From NCBI RefSeq assembly GCF_000025505.1, contig NC_013849.1:480001-512000 (forward strand): a DNA stretch of 32,000 nucleotides, written 5' to 3'. Shown in pieces: positions 26,680 to 32,000 of this stretch. Every line of letters begins with the position of its first letter. Within the stretch, counting starts at the first letter, position 1. A program made the translations under genes and the position numbers. The notes below the pieces were generated by a model that was not told the DNA's origin, searched no databases, and saw only the letters and a program-made list of their open reading frames with translations. This DNA comes from Ferroglobus placidus DSM 10642. Its GTDB lineage: Archaea; Halobacteriota; Archaeoglobi; Archaeoglobales; Archaeoglobaceae.

Positions 26680-26921
26680 TTTGGATTCACTCTCCTTTGC
26701 AGCGTTATAGTGGTGAGCGAACCCGTCGATACGTTAGAATGTGGATTCATATCATCGTCTTCATCCTCTTTTGCAACCTCAGTGATGGTAGGAAGCTTCC
26801 AGAAAGCACAATTCTGTGGACTCGTATCATTGTCCTATCTCCCTTTGCAATTCTTGTGTATGAAGCAGCATACGACATCATAGAGTGGATTCGTATCATC
26901 ATCCTCATCTCCCTCTGCAAC
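26680..26921. CRISPR. degenerate CRISPR-like repeat array (1 truncated + 3 full-length repeats)
   Basis: Copies at ~26680-26703 (internally truncated), 26741-26777, 26816-26851 and 26885-26921; consensus GTGGATTCGTATCATCRTCCTCATCTCCCTYTGCAAC. Intervals of ~37, 38 and 33 nt are mutually unrelated. Confidence 0.5.
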
Positions 26922-26986
26922 CCCTACCATATATCTCTGTTTCTGTTTAAATACCTATATCCTTTCTCCTTCATAGCCAGAAGTGT

Positions 26987-27024
26987 GAAGTCCTCAAAAT
27001 GGGTTTAAGTATTTAAAGGACTTC
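26987..27024. repeat. inverted repeat GAAGTCCT...AGGACTTC
   Basis: Perfect 8-nt arms at 26987-26994 and 27017-27024 around an AT-rich 22-nt loop. Confidence 0.5.
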
Positions 27025-27135
27025 AAATCGAATCTGAGCAATTATGAGGTTTCTCTCAAGCAATCCGCCGGACATGGTTGCATATTACAATTTATTTATA
27101 CCTGAGGCCCGCCTGAAACAGATTTAACCTATCGC

Positions 27136-27447
27136 TCAGCCGCCACATGCAGCCACCAACAGGTTGTTGACAACCACCACAGTGTAGAGGATGACAAGCG
27201 CTGCAAGAATTGTAAGCAGGAAACCCGATCTCTCCCATTCATCCAGAAACTCCAGACCGCTCACAGCTCCCACACCCATGAGGAGAAAGAAGATGGAGGC
27301 GCAAAGCTTGCAGTTGGCGAATAGGCCGCTATCCATAACATCCCTCATGACTGGGTTCAGCTCGAACGCTCCGCTGGAGACGGCAAACACTGTTGTCAGG
27401 TAGTCCAGCGTGTTCAGTATTGAAAGCAGGATAAGGAGTAATGACAT
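27136..27447 (-). CDS. small membrane protein, DUF5658-like
   Basis: MSLLLILLSILNTLDYLTTVFAVSSGAFELNPVMRDVMDSG...; start at the ATG at 27447 preferred over GTG 27591 because the extension is low-complexity. Confidence 0.65.
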   Translation of the reverse strand: MSLLLILLSILNTLDYLTTVFAVSSGAFELNPVMRDVMDSGLFANCKLCASIFFLLMGVGAVSGLEFLDEWERSGFLLTILAALVILYTVVVVNNLLVAACGG

Positions 27448-27635
27448 CGTGTACCTTGGCCCGAGTCCGGGTTTGGGTTTAAGCCTCAGTCCTGGTCTCG
27501 GTATCGGCAGCAGTATCGGCGGCAGTTTCAGATTTCTGTCGCCGTTACCGTTGCTGTTGCGGTTACAATCTTTCCCATCTCCATCCACCACGCAATACCC
27601 TCCATTCAGCGTTCTGTAGCACCACTACACCCTCA

Positions 27636-30167
27636 CTACATACCTCCGAACTCATCAAACTCCTCTGGAGACACATCCTCTTCGTAAGCCATACCAAGAC
27701 CTGCTCCTCCCAGACCAGCTCCCGGACCGGAACCAAAGCCAGAGCCAGATCCGGGGCCGAAAGAGGGGCGGAACCTAGCTCCTCTGCCACCACCTCTCAC
27801 CCAGCTCCACCCCCTCATTGCAGCCCTGTAATCGAGCGTGTGGGCCTCGGGGTCGTAGGTGTAGGGGGAGATGTGGGTGAGGTGCCTGTGGTAGCTCTCC
27901 ATCCTGTCCCTTATGTACTCCCTCAGCTTTGCCTGGGCAACCTTCTGCTGTGCGAGATACATCTGCGCTCTCCTTATCTTCTCCGCCTCCTCAGCAGGAA
28001 TTGAGGTTCTCACCAGCCCTCCGGCGGAGATGAAGTCTGCCATCCTCCTCGCAGCATCCGCCTCCCTCGCAGCTCCCTCTCCCCTTGCTGGAGTTTCCAG
28101 AGAGTCCGCCACTATTCTGTCTCCCAGAGTTGCAATTGCTCTCCCCCTCGCATTCACAAGGTGCTCCGCCAGATCGCTTGCCGCCTGCACGTTCCCGCTG
28201 TTTACCTCCTCAAAAACCTCTCTCACCCTTGCCTCCGAAAGTCCTGTTGCCTCAGCATAAACCCTGATAGCATCATCAAACCTGTATGCGGGTGTTTCAG
28301 ATATGTCCTGGACTAATGCCTGAGCAACAGCATCAGTGTTTGATCCTGAAACAAGCTCTCTGAAGGTGTTGTTGTAGGGCTCTATCTGCGCATACACGTC
28401 CCTCAGACTTTCAGCCACATTCCATGCTGCATCATAGTCTCCTGCCACAGCCCCCGCAAGATCCCTCTCACTAACTCCCTGGGCTTTGAGGAACGCCCTG
28501 GCGAAGTCGCTTTTCATCACATACTGCCCGAGCTCGGGATGCTCCTGGAAAAGCCTCTGCACTTTCTCAGCATTCTCCGCAGCATCCTGGCCGGTTGCAG
28601 CAGCAAGAAGCGATGCAAGGCCGAGCACCCCAGGATCTTTCATCTTCTTTGCAAACTCGAAGTTGTCCTGGAGCATTCTGTGGTAGGCCTGCTCAACACT
28701 GCGAAACTCCCTGCCAGCCCCCCTGCCGTACACGGCTGAGACCGCATTTCTCAAATCCTGCAGTCTCTTCACACCCTCCTCACTCCTTCCCCCCAGGCTT
28801 GCAGCATCAGCAGCAAGCCTGCCGATGCCCAGGGAGATATCTTCGAGCGCATTGGCGGCGTGGGGATTTGTTGCATCCACATCCCCTGTTTTGGCGAGGG
28901 AGTGGAGCATGCCGAGAGATGCTGTCGGCACTCCAGCTTTAGCAAGCGCCCCGGCACCGCTCAAAAGTGTCTCATCCCTTTTGAGTTCAGGGGCAAATCT
29001 CTGAACTGCCCTCGCAGCTCTGCCAATGACCGGCGCTCTTGCTGCAAGCCCCGTCACACTCTCACCCAGTCTGTGAAGAGGTACGGCAAGTTTTGAGGGC
29101 ATTGCTGCATACAGCGGGGCGAGCTTCCCACCCATCGCAATGGCTGATGCTCCCTTAACTCCTGCAAACGCCTTGATACCGGGTCTGCCGTAGAATATGA
29201 GCGATCTTATAAGCCCTGCACTTGCAGCACCAAAACCACCCATCATTGATGAGACTATTGTGGGAAAGGCAAATACGAGGAACAAAGGCCCGAGGATTAT
29301 GAACACTCCCATCAGCCCCGCCTGGTTAATCATGTCTGTGTTTGCGAACTTCACCATGAATCCAACTATGAGTGCCCCGAGAACGGAGAGAGTGGGGAGT
29401 ATTATGCCAAGCCCCCAGAAATACTCCACGAACTCTCCGAGCTTTCTCAGTGGTCCAACACCTATGACCAGGAAGAAGCAGAATATGGGCATTGCCGCAG
29501 CAACGAGGTATATTAACACGAGCCTCACAGCCACTATGGCGAGAGCTGACAGGATGAAGAGGAGAAGGAATGGAGCCAGAACCTCTCCGAGCGTTAGGAC
29601 GAGGGCACCGGTTGTAACAGCTGCCGTAAATGTACCGGTAAGAACGTTTGCCAGATTCTGTATGTCGGCAGAGCCTACAAACAGTGTCAGGATCTCATCT
29701 GAAATCTGATTTGTCAGCCAGACGAGTGTGTCCACAATCGGAAAGCTGAAGTATGCCAGCAGAGTTGCGTATGCAACCCTCTTTATGTATCCCTCGAACA
29801 GCATCCTGTTCGGTGGTTCGGATGAAAACATCACGTAAATGCCAAGCAGCACGAGGCTGATGGGGAGGAGCTGTGTTAGGTAGATGTCAAAGCAGGTCTT
29901 CCAGGCATCCTTTACTTCCTCAAGCCTGGCCGGACGGGGGACGTAGGCGAGCCAGCTCGAAAGTGTCTTCACAAGCCCTCCCACAATATACTGCAGAGCA
30001 CCATAGAGCCCCTGGTAAAAAAGCTGGATGGCCCAGTTAATACCACCCGCTATGAAGTCCACGATCGGATTGCCTCCCCCTGTGTTGTTTCCTTCCTGCG
30101 CCGCAACTGGCAGTATAACCGCTGTGAGTATCGCAATCAGCAGTATGGCCTTTACTACCTTCATCAT
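27636..30167 (-). CDS. VirB6/TrbL-like multi-pass membrane protein with long soluble C-terminal region
   Basis: Signal peptide, about 6-8 TM segments in the first ~350 aa (GGALVLTLGEVLAPFLLLFILSALAIVAVRLVLIYLVAAAMPIFCFFLVIGVGPLRKLGEF), then a long Ala/charged helical tail and Gly-rich end. Confidence 0.65.
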   Translation of the reverse strand: MMKVVKAILLIAILTAVILPVAAQEGNNTGGGNPIVDFIAGGINWAIQLFYQGLYGALQYIVGGLVKTLSSWLAYVPRPARLEEVKDAWKTCFDIYLTQLLPISLVLLGIYVMFSSEPPNRMLFEGYIKRVAYATLLAYFSFPIVDTLVWLTNQISDEILTLFVGSADIQNLANVLTGTFTAAVTTGALVLTLGEVLAPFLLLFILSALAIVAVRLVLIYLVAAAMPIFCFFLVIGVGPLRKLGEFVEYFWGLGIILPTLSVLGALIVGFMVKFANTDMINQAGLMGVFIILGPLFLVFAFPTIVSSMMGGFGAASAGLIRSLIFYGRPGIKAFAGVKGASAIAMGGKLAPLYAAMPSKLAVPLHRLGESVTGLAARAPVIGRAARAVQRFAPELKRDETLLSGAGALAKAGVPTASLGMLHSLAKTGDVDATNPHAANALEDISLGIGRLAADAASLGGRSEEGVKRLQDLRNAVSAVYGRGAGREFRSVEQAYHRMLQDNFEFAKKMKDPGVLGLASLLAAATGQDAAENAEKVQRLFQEHPELGQYVMKSDFARAFLKAQGVSERDLAGAVAGDYDAAWNVAESLRDVYAQIEPYNNTFRELVSGSNTDAVAQALVQDISETPAYRFDDAIRVYAEATGLSEARVREVFEEVNSGNVQAASDLAEHLVNARGRAIATLGDRIVADSLETPARGEGAAREADAARRMADFISAGGLVRTSIPAEEAEKIRRAQMYLAQQKVAQAKLREYIRDRMESYHRHLTHISPYTYDPEAHTLDYRAAMRGWSWVRGGGRGARFRPSFGPGSGSGFGSGPGAGLGGAGLGMAYEEDVSPEEFDEFGGM

Positions 30168-30326
30168 ATTACACTATAGGTTATATTATGATAAAGCTTT
30201 CTGTTGTTGCTTGATTGGTGGTTAGAGGAGAATATGGGAAGAAGTGTCATGGCATAGATAAACAGTTAAAAACTGTGGTTTTACTTATAGTGTAAGAAAA
30301 AAGAGTGTTTTGAAATGCAAATTATC

Positions 30327-30400
30327 TGGACCGGTGGGGATTTGAACCCCAGGCCTCCGCCATGCCAAGGCGGCGCTCTTCCAGGCTGAGCTACCGGCCC
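30327..30400 (-). tRNA. tRNA-Ala (anticodon GGC)
   Basis: Reverse complement GGGCCGGTAGCTCAGCCTGGAAGAGCGCCGCCTTGGCATGGCGGAGGCCTGGGGTTCAAATCCCCACCGGTCCA folds as a cloverleaf; anticodon loop UUGGCAU; diagnostic G3:U70 pair. Confidence 0.95.
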
Positions 30401-30498
30401 AAGTGATTGTAATTTATCTAACTCCATGAGCTTATAAGGTTTATGGACAAGAGAAAAACATATTTTTCAAAGCAATAACCCTTTCACTGTTGCCCTAT

Positions 30499-32000
30499 GA
30501 GAGGCGAAGTGGGGAAAATTGTCGGAGAAGCGACGCCTTATGAGTTCAGCTTTCAAATCTACAACCCTCTCGAAGTGAAGAAAGGAGATTTCGTGAAAGT
30601 TTGGAACGACGCTGACGGATGGTTTGCGGCTTACGTTTCTGAAATAAAGGCTGTTTCAAAAAGCGATGAGAGAGATGGAAGTGAAACTTATCTGGCTAAA
30701 GCAGTAGTCCTCGGAAAGAGAAGTGGAAAGAGCATAATTTTGCCGAAGACGCCTTTCGTTCCCGGAGATAGGGTTTTTAAAGCTGAGGAGGATTTCGTTG
30801 CTGAATGCTTGGGATTTTACGAAGACGGCGTTTACTTGGGATACCTTGGGGATACGAAAATAAGAGTAACCCTAAACCCCAACACTCTCGTTCAAAAGCA
30901 CGTTTGCATTTTGGCAAAAACGGGAAGCGGAAAAAGTTACACGGCAGCAGTAATAATCGAGGAACTGCTCGAGAAAGACGTGGCTCTCCTGATAATAGAT
31001 CCCCACGGAGAATACGAGAGCTTAAAGTATCCGAACGATGACGAAAGCCTCGAGGAGTTTGGTTTAAAACCGAAGGGTTACGCTGACAAAGTCAGGATGT
31101 TCGTTCCTCCTAAATCTCCGTTAGCTGACAAAGCCGACGGCATTCTAAGGCTCGACGGAATAAATCTATCTGCTGAAGAAATAATTGAAATGGGAGAAAT
31201 TAGAAAATCCTCGGCTCAGGCAGCTATCTACCAGTTAATACGGGAGATGAGGGGAAGGACTTACACGATTCAAGATTTGATAGATGAAGCTGAACAACTA
31301 AGCGGGAATCTCAAAGCTGAGATAATTGGAGCTTTAACTAAGATCGAAGAGACTGAACTTTTCAGCGAAAATCCAACGCCTATAGATGTCTTAATGCAGA
31401 AGGGGAAGGCAGTGATTTTAAATTTAGCCGGAGTAGATCCAGTTCATCAGGACATAATCGTGGCTAAGGTTTGCAGGGAGATATTTGAGATGAGGAAAAG
31501 GGGAGAGATAGATCCGGGGATGATCGTTGTCGATGAAGCTCATAACTTCGTTCCGGAGAAAGGAATTGACAAATCTGTTTCTTCGAGCATCCTCAGAACT
31601 ATAGCGAGCGAGGGAAGGAAGTTCGCTTTAGGACTTATGATAATTAGCCAGAGACCTGCAAGGATAGACAAAAACGTTCTCAGCCAGTGCAACACCCAGA
31701 TAATCCTTAGAGTTACGAATCCCAACGATATAAACTCGATAAAGAGGGGGGTTGAAGGGATAACCTCGGAAATGGTGGAAGAAATAAAAAGATTACCCGT
31801 CGGACATGCTCTCGTGATCACTCCCGACTTAGAGAGGCCGGTAATAGTTAGAGTTAGAACGAGAAAGAGCAAGCACAAAGAGGCTGAAGAGATAATTAAA
31901 TTTGAAAAGAAAAAAGCGAAGAAAGAAGAGAAAAGAAAGGACAGCCCGAAAAAGGAAATAAAGGAAAAGAAAGGGGGATTTTTCAAAAAGCTTTTCGGTG
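30499..32000 (+). CDS. herA: HerA-type ATPase (partial; runs off the window)
   Basis: Hand translation MRGEVGKIVGEATPYEFSFQIYNPLEVKKGDFVKVWN...HVCILAKTGSGKSYTAAVIIEELLEK...LLIIDPHGEYESL...MIVVDEAHNFVPE...IASEGRKFALGLMIISQRPARIDKNVLSQCNTQIILRVTNPND. Confidence 0.9.

Noticed and set aside
26987-27024. Inverted repeat near the CRISPR-like array as an additional CRISPR repeat
   Set aside because: Shares no sequence with the 37-nt repeat; recorded only as a stand-alone dyad.
27448-27591. N-terminal extension NGNGDRNLKLPPILLPIPRPGLRLKPKPGLGP of the DUF5658-like ORF
   Set aside because: Low-complexity sequence upstream of a good internal ATG; more likely untranslated leader, though the repeated motif could be regulatory.
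1-32000. Search for an integrase/recombinase, cas1/cas2, relaxase or second tRNA fragment
   Set aside because: No convincing candidate seen by eye in the supplied ORFs; absence is limited to this window and to manual inspection.

Overview
This is an archaeal window: GTG/TTG starts, TATA-like promoters, an archaeal-type tRNA, and Archaeoglobales-like protein character (the last point is inference). Nearly all of it (1..~30.2 kb) looks like an accessory or conjugative-type element. From left to right it holds: small unknown ORFs; an HNH protein; a pilin-like lamin-tail-domain protein; an RNase H-SWIM fusion; an RNA-ligase-like nucleotidyltransferase; a phospholipase C/P1-like zinc hydrolase; a surface/secretion block (large anchored protein, FlaJ/TadC-like membrane protein, Big-domain pseudopilin-like protein, TadA/VirB11-type ATPase with a very long acidic tail); DsbA plus a frame-split VKOR; an RHH/wHTH regulator; an HtpX protease; a beta-CASP RNase; two RAMP (Cas7/Cas5-type) proteins with no visible cas1/cas2/cas10; a VirB6/TrbL-like membrane protein. 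The element stops just before a minus-strand tRNA-Ala(GGC), followed by a partial HerA/FtsK-type ATPase that the ORF track omits. The strongest candidate for an undescribed system is the orphan RAMP pair (24931-26621). Just upstream of it lies a degenerate CRISPR-like array (26680-26921, 37-nt repeats, 33-38 nt spacers) that shows nucleotide-level repeat conservation across an indel. Other notable signals are an HTH module shared between the secretion ATPase tail and its divergent neighbour (32-nt perfect inverted repeat), the RNase H-SWIM fusion, the split VKOR, and a shared promoter box.
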